Origin: Lytechinus variegatus
Taxonomy: Eukaryota
Reading direction: 5' to 3'
DNA length: 64,000 nucleotides
NCBI RefSeq assembly: GCF_018143015.1
Contig: NC_054742.1
Coordinates: 73,449,736-73,513,735 of the forward strand
A program made the translations under genes and the position numbers. Positions 47,390-59,374 of this stretch are shown here, in pieces; the stretch's first letter is position 1, and every line of letters starts with the position of its first letter. Under the pieces are notes generated by a model. That model was not told the DNA's origin, searched no databases, and saw only the letters and a list, made by a program, of their open reading frames with translations.

Positions 47390-48000
47390 GGGGAAGGAAG
47401 AAAACGAAAAAGAAGGTGAACGAGAAAAAGAGAAGGACAGTAAAAGGAAAACTAGAAGAGAATGGAGAAGTTTAAGAATAAAAGAAAATGAAGAGGTGTG
47501 TTCACTCCAGACAGAGTTGAAACAAGTGGGGGAAGAAAAAGAGGGAAAGAATTTCAATTGCTACAACAGAACACAGTTCAAAGAACAAAAAAGCAAGAGC
47601 AAATCATAATAATAATAATACATAGAATTCACAGTGTCTTTTCCATTTTTACTAAATGCTCAAGACACTTAGAAGAGAGCAAAACATTAAAGAGAAGTAA
47701 AGAAGAATAGCACAAGAAAAGGTACATTATAAACAAGGAAAAATGTGTCTTCAAACCTAGTACCTGCTGGTGCCCTAAAGGAAACTAAAAAGCAGATGTA
47801 GATGAAAAAAGAAATATTAGAAAGGGGGGGAGAAAATGAAAAGGGAATAGGAACAAAAAAGAAGCGACAGGTGAATGACAAAGAGAAGAATTCAAAAAAG
47901 AGATAAAAAGAAAAGAGAATTAGCAAAAGAAGAAAAGGAGCAGAAGGCAAAAATGAAGAAAAAAGTACAGACAGAGATGAGCAACATAAGAAAAAGTGGA
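47390..48000 (+). repeat. Purine-rich low-complexity block immediately outside the right TIR
   Basis: gaagctaaaagaaggggaaggaagaaaacgaaaaagaaggtgaacgagaaaaagagaagg... Confidence 0.7.
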
Positions 48001-48489
48001 GTTAAGGCTTGCTACAACAGTTCAACCCATAGTGTAATTACATTCTCCTGACCCAGATACTTCTATGGGTGCATGGGAATACCCTTTTGTAAACAGGGTG
48101 GAGTCATCGAGAAAGAGGGTACCAGATCGTCAACGTGACGTAGCGTACACGTTCTTGAGAGGTTCGATACACAGGAATGGTGCTCTATAAATGCACTTCT
48201 CCCCAGAGTAGCGAGCCCATAAGTGGTTCAATCACAGCAAGCACTCTGTGTCTAAAAGCTGCCCTAACAATAAATTACATATTAAGGGTGGATGAGAACC
48301 TTGAAACTAATTGAAAGCATACATGTATAAAACAGAAAAATCAAAGAAACAAATCAATAAGTTCGAGAAAAATTGGGTGAACAATAAGAACATATAAAGC
48401 ATTTATATGCCAAAAATGCAAATGCTATGGACTCAATAAGCATGTATCACAAGTAGGAAACTTTCCCTTATGATGGAGAAAATTACCCA

Positions 48490-48900
48490 AAAGCCATTCT
48501 TTTTGTCTCACCTGCATAGCAGAGCGAGACTATAGACACCACTTCTCTGACGGCAGCGGCATCAACATTGAGATCTTAACCAAGATTAAGTTTTTGAAAT
48601 GTCATCATAACTTTGCAAGTGTATCCATAGATAGAGTTCATGAAACATAGACATACCAGTACACTGTAGGAGCAATCAAGTATCAGTGAACAACCTGCCT
48701 GAGTTTTAGGTCACATGACCAAGGTCAAAGCACATTTAAGGTCAATGAACTTTGACCATGGCATGTTGGAGTATTTGTTTAATTGCCATCAAAACTTAAT
48801 GGATCTTTTTCATGAAACGTTTAGGCCTTAGTATCACTGATCGTTTTGCACAGGTCTTTAATAGGTCACACGATCAAGGTCAAAGTCGGCCCTGCTGCTA
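48490..48900 (-). repeat. R1-family dispersed repeat copy
   Basis: gcatagcagagcgagactatag is the reverse complement of ctatagtctcgctctgctatgc at 22547. 48700-48900 contains ggtcaaagcacatttaaggtcaatgaactttgaccatgg, which is inverse to the 190-bp units at 20700-21260. Confidence 0.55.
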
Positions 48901-49547
48901 TATTGAATCACATGATGCAGGCAAGACTACCAGCTCTAGGTGTTCCACTCGTTTACTCATTGTGATGAAAGTACTACAAACTCTTTGTCTACCAAAACCT
49001 GGGCCCCGTCTGACAAAGAGTTGCGACATATTGAAATCAAACTGCGATTGACATGAATGAAAATGTCATGAAATTTAAATGCATTTTTTATTTCAAGCAC
49101 ATTTAGAGTTCATCCAATATCACAATAATATCAAAGTTTAAAAATATTTATCATCAATTATCCTTTACACTTTCTTGGAACATACACTCTCCTAGCACGA
49201 TTAACATGACGTGGAAAATATGTATGCAATCTACATTGATCAACAATCAATTATTCAAAATAATCGGTAAACATTTACCATTCCACAAAGAACACTACAC
49301 CACTTTTTTTTTCCTTCATTTGGTTTACAGCTTGTAAATTAGACAGTTTGATGTGACTGAAGTGGGAAATAATTTCATCAGTGGAAGTAAAATGCAGGCA
49401 AAACATCCCCAATGTGATTAGAGAGAAAACGTTTTATCTGATTAATTCATTATGTTAGAAAAATGGCGAAATGGCATTACAACTCGCTCGGAGTCAGATA
49501 ACGATTCACCCTCCCCCAAAGCCCTAAGAATATGCAGTAGGGCCACA

Positions 49548-49735
49548 GTTGTTGAACAATTTATACCTCGGTCACATTTGCTCTATGGCGGCCGTACTCC
49601 AAGTCGAAAACAGTCGTTTTAACATTTTTTTGTATCAGCTACATTTAGGTGGTTTGAATTAAAATGAATAAAACGGCTGTTTTCGACTCGCCGTACGGCC
49701 ACGGTAGAGCAAATGTAACTGAGGTACGAGTTTAA
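49548..49735. mobile_element. Hairpin MITE (~55-bp TIRs, ~75-bp loop)
   Basis: tacctcggtcacatttgctctatggcggccgtactccaagtcgaaaacagtcgtttta is the reverse complement of taaaacggctgttttcgactcgccgtacggccacggtagagcaaatgtaactgaggta. Confidence 0.75.
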
Positions 49736-50567
49736 AATGTGGCATAGGGATGGGGTTTGGTATTAGGCTTGCGATTGGGTCCAATACATGTAGTGCAATG
49801 TAGCTGGGAGGTAAATCAGGAAATATCGTGGGGGAAAAAAGATTTTGTCACCGATTATCGGAGAGGCTGTGTGGTTGAAGAGGTTGCTATAGAGACAGCA
49901 TGCCCTTCAGAGGTGCTTTGTGAAGAGTCTTCTTGAGGGTGATATTTCACCAACAAGCTTGCCGTCAGCCAATGAGATTCAAGGATTTCAGTAGCTTATA
50001 GCATCAGGTTACTACTTGAGTTAATACCACTGAAAATGTCCGGCATAAAACACTTCCCTGATGCCCCCCCCCCTCCGTCCTCCCTTTTTTTACTCATGAC
50101 AACAGGACACACAGAAAATGCTTTATCAGGTCTTACCATCCATACTTAAAACAATTAATCTGTAAACAGTAATTGGTTATTGGCCAATCGTGTCTCTCCC
50201 AACATAACAATGTCACCAAAATGGACCAGCTATCCCATCTAGACGACTATCCAGACAAATACTCAATACGGCTACAAGTGCAATGCTATCTAGTACAGTG
50301 ACTACAGTCACACTTGTGAAATCAACACCAAACTGACAAAACACCCACCAAGTAACAGACCACTGGTTGGGTTGGAGTGTGACTGTATATTAGCATGAGA
50401 CATGATCATATGTATGGAATCTTTTACTTTGCATCCAATGGTAACCACATGTACCATGGTAACAATGCTCCTCAGCCAATCAAAATCAAGGATTCCATGA
50501 AAGATACCATTGGATGGCAAAGTTACTATAATGGTTCTTTTATGCAACAGGGTCCAAAAGTAATATT

Positions 50568-50960
50568 GTGATCAGGGTGCTACCTAAGCACTTGCCCGAT
50601 TGCCCGGGGCAAGTAAAAATTAGAGTCGGGCAAGTGTTTTGAAAAGACCAAAACTATTTGCCAGAATTGGGAAGGCAAAATTTTTAGTGGAATAACCAAA
50701 ATTCGGGTCGATATTTTCGATCGTAATTTTAGTCATAGCGGGCAAGATAAAATCAATTTGGAAAAAGTCATGCAATAACAAGGTACATCAGTTCATGTCA
50801 AAAGAGAGAAAAGAAGTTCAATGGTTTATAAAACCACAATACTTTCTTTTGAAGAGGTAAAACTTTTTTTAAAAGGATTTTTTTCGGGCAAGTGAAATTG
50901 ATTTTGGGGCAAGTATATTCCAACTATTTAAAATTTTATTTGCCCAACCGAGAAAGTGCT
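50568..50960. mobile_element. MITE with GGGCAAG subterminal repeats
   Basis: TIR-like ends ctaagcacttgcccgattgcccgg versus the reverse complement of tttgcccaaccgagaaagtgcttc. At least 6 cgggcaag/cttgcccg motifs occur. Confidence 0.55.
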
Positions 50961-51084
50961 TCTAAAAAGTTATGTAGCATCCTGATTGTGATTCAACATG
51001 TAGATATGGGATAATTAAATGAGCACAGGGAAGGGAGGGGGGGATGTCTAAATTTCTTTCAACCACCCCTCGGACCTGATGAGT

Positions 51085-51221
51085 CTGGTTTCAAGGATCA
51101 CCTTGGTACTGTTTCAGGAAGCAATTTGTCAGTTATTGTCATTCATCCTTGTATCTGACTGGCTGAGAGCAACTTTGCCAATGAAATTTACCAGCAAGAT
51201 GTTGGATGAAATGCTCCCTGA
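51085..51221. mobile_element. MITE, CTGGCTGAGAG-centre family (copy, variant)
   Basis: ...ggtactgtttcaggaag...tctgactggctgagagcaac...gatgaaatgctccctg. Confidence 0.5.
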
Positions 51222-52574
51222 TAACCAAGTTGGGTAGTAGCAAACAACCTCCCTTCCCCCACCCACTTTCCCTACATGTATGTACAAGAATGCCTTGCCC
51301 TACTTCATCATTTATTATGATTTTTTGTGCATTTTGTGCTAATTTCTAATCATTCCAATCTTGTAAATATGTAATTATATTAATTTCAATGAAATATAAA
51401 AAAGAAGAGAGAATCATTTCGTATATTTCAATGAAATATAAAAAAGAAGAGAGAATCATTTCGTAACATTTGAAGAGGACTTGATTTCGAATTATTTTTT
51501 TTTATTTATGGCTCCCTTGAGAGGTAATTTTCTCTGCAGATCTGACTGCATTTCTTTGCTCACAAATGGAGTCGAGACTATGCCTACAGTAGGTGAGGCC
51601 TATTTGAGTCAAGGCCAAGTCAACTGCTATCCTATCGCCACAGGCAAAGTACTTGTAAATGACGCATTATTGGCAAGAGACTGAAACTTTAACTGCCTGT
51701 TTCCATGGAAACCGTAGGGTGGTTTAGTTAAACATTGCAGGGACTCGGAGTAGACGATGACAACGTAAGTGACTGACATGCACTTTCTAACACTGTTCAA
51801 TGGCGCATGATTGCCGCACAACAACAAAAACAAGTCCTGAATCAGCTCGTTCAAAAGAAAATGATTGAACAGAGGATAGGCGAGAGATGGGGCTATTTAG
51901 GTTTAGATCACGTTCCTACGCAATCTTACAAAAGTAGTAGAATGAGTTTTATTACACATACCTTCAGAACATGTTCAGTATATTACAATCAAGAACAAAT
52001 ATTTAAAAAAATGATATGAATCATCTGATAAATTAATAACTATCTATTTGTGCTGGAAAATAGTATAGTTGAATCTGAATTTTATTTAGAAAGCTGAACA
52101 GGGCCCTATTACCTAAAAGTTACCATAATATTTAGATTTTATGCAAGGTGGCCCAGATCCCTCAGTGGGCCAGTCCAAGTAATTTTTTTAAGAACAGATT
52201 TTGCAAAGTCGAATTTTGCGTATTTAATTTGCATAGTAAGTCAACAGATTTCTTTGTTTCAAAGAGATTTGAAAAAGGGGACTAACTTCTATTTGTATCC
52301 CACATCTACATTGATAGGAACTCTGTCATGTACAAAACATTCACCCTCCAAAACAAAATAACAGGCCTCATAGTGGATGACGACAAATTAAAACACCTAC
52401 GCACAACGTCAGCACTCTAATACATGATTGCATCATCAGAGATTAAGGCACACTGCCAGAAAATAATGCTAATAAGGAGGCTTCTCTCTTTTAAAAGAAG
52501 AAATCATAAAAAGGAGACTTGCAAGATGAATTTTACTTAAGAAATACATCCATTAATATATAATACAGCAATTA

Positions 52575-52745
52575 AATGACGTCAAGTTTTGTTTTTTGTG
52601 AAATTAAGCGAAACTTTAAATGTCATAACTTTCTTATTTTACATCCGAATTTGATGAAATTTTCAGTTTTTTGCCTGTTGGATTTTTCTCCTTTTTTTCA
52701 AATCAATTTTTTGTTGGGGTGGACTTGTCCTTTAAGAGCCTTAGG
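52575..52745. mobile_element. Arm-only copy of the arm-centre-arm family (see 25243)
   Basis: gaaattaagcgaaactttaaatgtcataactttcttattttacatccgaatttgatgaaattttcag...ttgttggggtggacttgtcc aligns with 25650-25790. Confidence 0.6.
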
Positions 52746-52779
52746 CAAGAAAAACAACTTTGGACACTAAGACACCATT

Positions 52780-53222
52780 CTCACTACCTTCCTAAAATTA
52801 GTTTACTAGTTTAGTGGAAACTAGTTTAACGTGTAATGAGAACGGTCGTAGCGATCTTCCAAACCGGTTCGGAATAAACACCTTACGATGTAGTTTTCAA
52901 GAACGCTTCGCCTCCTTAAACTGGTTTTAGCGTGAGGACACAATCGTTCTTCAAGAAGCGATCATTGCACAGTTTGGGCGCTACTCCACGCAACAAGTGT
53001 AGAATGCCTATGCTGCGGTTTTGAATTTCATGCGAAATGTGTCACCCTGCTGAGAGCGTTCCCATAGCAACAAGACCACTTTACGTGAAGTGATTTGGAA
53101 AACCACTTTCATGTGATCAGGAGGGAACGCTAGCAAAGCGATCTTCCAAACTTGTTTCCTGAACCGGTTTCCAGTAAACTAGTTTTAGAAAGCGTAATGA
53201 GAACAGTGTCGATGCAAGGGTT
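52780..53222. mobile_element. MITE with ~90-bp TIRs
   Basis: 52780-52870 (..aaattagtttactagtttagtggaaactagtttaacgtgtaatgagaacggtcgtagcgatcttccaaaccggttc) is the reverse complement of 53135-53222. Confidence 0.65.
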
Positions 53223-53485
53223 CTCTTCCAGATACTGAGGGTCTGGGGAGAGTAGACTACATAGTCTGGATTCATCACTGTTTCCAACACTTTGTTTTTT
53301 TGTGAGTCATCTTTTGACGCAAAATCCCCCTTTTCCTGTTTTTCTGCATGCATGGTGGTCAAACCCATTTACGCAGAGGGGGAAGCATCAATTTGTAAAA
53401 GCCCACGACTGGATGATATTTGTTTATTGTTTTTTCCTGTGACATGTTAAAGGCAATATAACCATATTGAATGTCATCGGAGTGA

Positions 53486-53632
53486 GTCCTGAGGTTTGTT
53501 TCATAAAGCTTATTATAAAACAAATTTTCAATATACAATTAAAAGCTACTGAACCCCTTCAATCTGATTGGCTGATGGTAAATTAGGCATTTGCTATCAT
53601 ATAAACAGGTCTTTGTGAAACGGGGCCCTGAA
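53486..53632. mobile_element. MITE, GATTGGCTG-centre family (copy)
   Basis: cctgaggtttgtttcataaagc...caatctgattggctgatgg...ctttgtgaaacggggccctg. Confidence 0.65.
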
Positions 53633-53989
53633 CTGCTTAAATGATTCCTTATTCTTTACCCAGAATGCAATGTGTTTAATATGCACATTTAGCAAATCTA
53701 TCCAACCCATGTGCCTGGTACATTGAGATGATTTTCAAAAAAAAAAGAAGAAAAAAGCAGGAGTGTAGTAAAGTAGTACCTTTGTATTCTTTGCAACATT
53801 TCCATGTTTAGGGGATAAACCCAGGTACATTCATGTACAGCTCAACTTAATTAGACAAGTTCTGTCTGTAGTCGTTACATATTGTGAGTCAATGAAACAA
53901 AACAAAAAATGAAATGGAATAAAATTTCTGCACATGATCATTATGACCAGGCGTAGCTCAATGAAACAAAGTGAAAACACAAAATGGGA

Positions 53990-54620
53990 GGAAAAAAGTC
54001 AACAACACTAACTGTAAATAGAAACCCCCTACATGCAATATTGGGAGTGGATTGCTGAAAACACCCAGAAAACATAAAACGGAAGATAACTCAATGTTAT
54101 GACCAGGTTTTGGTCAAATACAAAATACAGTCCGACCTCTCTTATCCGGCCTCCCCTTTTCCGGATCTCTCTATTATCCGGACGCACACTTGCCGAGATT
54201 TTTTTTTATTAATCTAGTACCGGTACGTGAGGAAATAAGATTTCAATCTAAACTCAATCCTATACGTAAACTCACTTTGATTACATATATTTCCCAACAT
54301 AGTCACCCTACACCAAACATATTTTTAAATCCCTTATCCGGATTGGTGCTGGTCCCAACGTGTCCGGATAAGAGAGGTTGGACTGTAGACAGAAACCATA
54401 GAATAAGAGCTTACATGTAAGCGTAGATCAAAACCTTCTACATGCAATATTAATAGTTGATTACTGAAAACGCCCAGAAAACATAAAACGGAAGATAACT
54501 CAATGTTATTATACAGAGCAAAGTTCTGCATGCAATCATAATAACAAGGTTTTGGTCAAATAAAATATATAGAGAAAACAGAGAATAAGAGCTTAAGTGT
54601 AGATCAAAACCTTCTACAGT
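53990..54620. repeat. ~170-bp tandem repeat (about 3 units), interrupted by the MITE at 54128-54385
   Basis: ...ctacatgcaatatt..gttgattactgaaaacgcccagaaaacataaaacggaagataactcaatgttat...ggttttggtcaaata.aaata.. recurs at 54003, 54405 and in part at 54560. A diverged copy is at 55090-55200. Confidence 0.65.
54128..54385. mobile_element. MITE with TIR CAGTCC(G/A)ACCTCTCTTATCCGG, TTATCCGG subterminal repeats and TA TSD (Tc1/mariner-like)
   Basis: aaaa[ta]cagtccgacctctcttatccgg ... ccggataagagaggttggactg[ta]gaca. Internal tatccgg copies occur at 54158, 54172 and 54336. Confidence 0.8.
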
Positions 54621-56435
54621 TCAGTTCAGTTCAATTTATTTATTTTCTCAGCATAAAAAAATGATATATATACAATATGTACAGGAATGACAAATAGTAT
54701 CAGAGAAAATTGGAAACTACAGAAAAGTTTATAAAAACTTTTAGTAGTAGTTCCCAGTACATTGAATGATATTAATATTGAATAAAAAAAAATGCACACA
54801 CATCATCAACAAACACCAGCAAACACACAGGGAGAATGGGGCCGTAAATGTATGAGATTAAAGCAAAGAGAAAGGAAACAAATAATTTTGCAAATTCATT
54901 TACTAGTATATACATTCTTTTTAGCTTAGATTTAAATGACGTAATTGTTGTTGAGCACTTAATTTCATCGGGGAGATTATTCCAAATACGTGGGCCACAA
55001 TGCCTTAATGAATTTAGAATTTGTGTTTTAACCTTGGGATAATGAAAATTATTACTTGAGCGAGTATTGTGACAATTAACGGAATTGTTTATTAAAAACA
55101 TACGGGATACATGCAATATCAATAGTTGATCACTGAAAATTGCCAGAAAATACAACATAATTCAATGTTATTCAATGTTATTATTTGGAGCAAAGTTCTG
55201 TATGCAATCATTTAAGAATGAGTGAGCGAGAATGGCGTATCAGTCCACTGATCTAGTGTGTCAACGTAGTCTTCTGTCTATTTTCAATAAAGATATGCAT
55301 ATATTTTAGAATTTGCTGTACGTATGTCCACATGAAACAGAGTGATAGCAAGCGGGTCATGACATGCTGCCCAACCCGGAAGATCTGGCGTACCATCACG
55401 TCATGACCCGGTCAGCTGATGCGAAGGTGCAACTTGTGCACACTTGCTCTTTATTAAACTTAATTTGATTCATTTTTAATGTGATTTAGGACATACAGCG
55501 ATAGAAATTTTGGAGTTCAGAAAATAATTTCAAATACAATAAACATAATGCATCGTACAAATTACACTAATTATGTGTAAATTCACTGAAAAATGTATTT
55601 TTATGGGAAAAGATCCATTGCAATTGATCTTCATGCTGAGCTTGAGTGGTTGAAATGACGTCACTCACATGCACATGGACCATAATTTAGAACGGCGGAA
55701 TGCAGGTAGCGAGGTTCACTATTCTGCTAGTCAGCGTAGGTGAGGACGTGACGCATACATATATGGCAGGCTAAAAAATTATTCAACAATAGGGAAATAA
55801 GTTCTGCACATGATCATTATAACTAGGTGTGGCTCAATGAAACAGACAGAAAACATGCAATGGGAGATAATTACATCATGATTTCTGCATTATTAAAAAC
55901 CACAAAAATGTATGAGAAGGGAGAAACTTACTTGTTGGCCACAGTGTGTACAGCTGATATTGTTGAAGACCCAGCCTTGTGTTCAAGCCCAACAGCACAC
56001 TGCACAAGAAAGATAAAATAAAGTGCATTAAAGGCACTGGTTAACATCAATATGACTTTAACAAAAATTGGTGATGCAAGGGACTTATGGCATTTCTTTT
56101 TTTCCAGTCCAGGATTTTAGAATTGCAAATTTCATTTTATACTTGATGTGTGTTCTTTTCATTGTTGTTAGTGCTTTGGGCCATTTTGGGAAAAGTGCAG
56201 TACATGAATAATAACAAGGTACCAATTGTCACCTCCTCTGTGATATGTTCTAAAATTAATGTCCTGATAACATAGCATCAAAAATCATTATCTAGTGCTT
56301 TTTAGTATGAAACTAGAGTGACCACATCCCATCCCAATTTTATTCCATGTATGTGTTACAATTTGAATCCCCAGGGGGACAACTTAAATGACGATATTCC
56401 AGTCACAGATCTCTTAACCCTAAATAGACTGGGCT

Positions 56436-57128
56436 ATTTCGACGCCTAAGACAGGGGGGGGGGGCTGATTCAGCCCTCCCCTATGATCTACGCTGTCGAT
56501 CGTGCAATCGCGATGAAAATTGGCATGCGTGTTACCCATGGCATTATCTAAAAAACTATAATATCAAATTCTGCGAAAAATCTCATTGCTCATTAATTAT
56601 GCTAATTTATGCATAAAAAGTTTTCTCTAATTGATGAAATAATGCCCCTAAAAAAAATGTTAATTTTTCTTTCACATACTCTAGATAGGCATCTGATCAA
56701 ATTTATTTTTCAAAAATTTCAAAAAAAATTTTTATTTTTATGTATTCTATTGTTTTATTTCTTTGTTTTTCAACTTTTTGTTTTTTTATTGTTTTTTCAA
56801 TGGAAATTGTCAGGGAATTTATTTTGACCATAAACAAGATAAAATTAATTGATTTTAAGCAGTAAAAGGAAAAAAATATTATACATTTATGAATTTTGGC
56901 TAAAAACACTATTTGCATTGGATTTGTACACAAATTCACGTTTTTGAGTAATTTGGGGTCTGCATGCTCTTACGAAATGTTGCGTAATTTCTGAACCACG
57001 TACCTGGGGGGTCACAATTTTGGTCTCAAAAGTTGCGCCAGACTTGAAAGTAAAAAGTCAGCAAGTGGATTTATTGCGAAAAATGTCGAGGGGGGGGGGG
57101 GCTGAATCAGCCCCCCCCCCATCTTCTT
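56436..57128. repeat. Pair of self-palindromic G-rich motifs (G9-12 CTGAWTCAG C7-11) flanking ~600 bp of AT-rich low-complexity DNA
   Basis: ggggggggggctgattcagccctcccc at 56449 and ggggggggggggctgaatcagccccccccc at 57091. Confidence 0.5.
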
Positions 57129-58887
57129 AGGGTCAAAAGTGCACAAATTTGACTTTTTTTCTTTCCCAAGCATTTTTATCATCCATATCAAAACATTAAA
57201 TATAATGCACGTAAAAGTTTGGGATTTTTAGACCTTTGTACTATTATTAATGCTAACCCAAGTATTTGGATTTAAGTAAAGAAAAACAACACCCCCCCAA
57301 AAAAAAAAAAAACAGTCATCCACAATGATCATTTTATATAAAGTGGCTGAGCCATATGTATAGTGTTTTTTTTTTTAATAGTGATTAATTTTTGTTAGCC
57401 AATGATTATGTTCATTTTGATGCATACAAGATTCACAGAAAAATGATAGTATACTATGAAGTTGTTAGTAACATTATATGAGATTAATTGGACATCCATT
57501 TGAAAGACAACAAGAGAGGACTGCTGGGTCCAGTCTTACAAAGAGCTGTGATTGATCCGATCGACCACAATTACAAAAAGCCAGCAACATCCACACATAA
57601 ATGTAAGTTTGTTCGAAATATTTTCTAGATATCCTGTATATCCATGCATTCTTTGTTTTCTTGAAAAAGTTTGTATGCTTCTCTACAAAGGACATTGTGA
57701 AAATTTCCTGTAGAAAAAAATATGACAATGATGATTTTCCACATGTATGCTTGCAGTTTTGGTCAATCAGATCAATCTTGACTCTTTATAAGACAAATGT
57801 TGGCATATGAACCAAAAGACAGATCATCAAGAGGAAGTATTTCCTCTAGACTAGATCACCAAAGTCTTGTTTCCGTAGTTCATACCGTTGGTCATACAGT
57901 GCACTGGGGAAATACCATGCTATGACTGAGTCATACTTCTGTGTACATCAAGTGTGGGTTCCCATGTATACAGCAACTTGTATGTTTTTTTATTTCCAGT
58001 TAACTGCTATACAGTGACTTAAGTCTGCTTGCATACCCTTCACTCAAGTTAAGGGGTCTGAATAAGCAGCCTACAATGACTCATGCACTGAAGGCCAAAT
58101 AGAAACAGCAAGCTTTATATATATGTGATAGTCTTGTGTGACTACCCTCTTGTTGATCAAAGTTCAATCAGGGTCTGTGCCTGAAGACTAGTGACACAGG
58201 GGTTCAACAAAATATTGAAACATGCATTCCATCAGGAACTTTATAGAAAGCAAATCCTCACAAAAGCAACAGATCATTCTACAGGGTTCCCAGCTTTTCA
58301 AGAAAACAAAATTCCCTGATGAAGTTTAAAAATTCCCTCATAATTACCCATTCCCAGTTTTGCATGTTTTCTAAGTTGTTGCAGTGAATTGCACATATTT
58401 TCAGTATAATAACAATAATGTAAAACTAATTAGTACCACCATAACCAGTCATTCAATGGACGTTGTTTTGATATGCAACATAACATAACAGAGTCTGAAT
58501 GACTATGTGCTTTCGACTTTTGGGCTTATCAAAATTCCCTGATTTTTCCCTGACTGGAAAAAAAATGAAATAATTTTCCCTGATGGGCTGGGAACCCCGA
58601 CCAATCAAGTCATTATATATATTGGAACACATGCATAGTCAATATACTACACTGTACTTAATGGACATGGTTACATCTGTGGCCAATTCAGAATCCCTAA
58701 AAGTAAAGTGTTTACAACTTTTGATAATTCAAAACTTTAATAAACATAAATATCATATTCAAACCATAGCAAACAAGTATGACGAGAGCACATTTATTAC
58801 TGGACCTTTTCATGATTAACGTAATGCACAAAAGCTTCACAGACCATCATATACGGTTCAAACCAGATTCAAGATCAACTTTGTGAA

Positions 58888-58990
58888 TTCCTTCTTGCTG
58901 AAGGAAAACAAGCCATGGCTACAATTTGAACCCACAATGCTATGTTTCAAAGGTGTGAGTCAGAACCACTAGACCACGATGCACCCACAG
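58888..58990 (-). mobile_element. SINE fragment (head plus start of body)
   Basis: ttcttgctgaaggaaaacaagccatggct.caatttgaacccac...agaccacgatgcacc matches 29455-29575. Confidence 0.55.
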
Positions 58991-59374
58991 GGAACACAAA
59001 AGTTAAAACAGCAAGTTTCTTGTCCCCAAAATTGGAATGTTCCCATTTCATGATAGCACTTGACAGATAGGTATGGTAGCTTAGCTAGACCAAATGGTTG
59101 GTAGACGAAGCAGTTAAAGACCGACCAGGATTAGACCATGCAGGATAAGACCATACAGAAAGCAGGCGAAGCGGGTGTAGACCAATCGGCAATTCACCCC
59201 TAGATAACCGAATCCCACAAGGTTGTCCTTTGCATAAGGACAGGCCTTTGACCACTAACACACAGGGTACGGGTGTCCGTCTATCACACATGAAGGATGT
59301 ATGGAACACCACAACAGTTGCTTATCTTAATGAAGTGTGCAGACACACATGCCCCTATACACCTGTCTATTACA

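Noticed and set aside
54772-55158. ORF 54772-55158 (minus, 128 aa; …RHCGPRIWNNLPDEIK…) as the C-terminus of a non-LTR retrotransposon ORF
   Set aside because: The motif resemblance is vague. The ORF spans a tandemly repeated ~170-bp unit, and the neighbouring ORF 54334-54531 shares the peptide SNQLLILHV purely through that repeat. There is no RT or endonuclease context.
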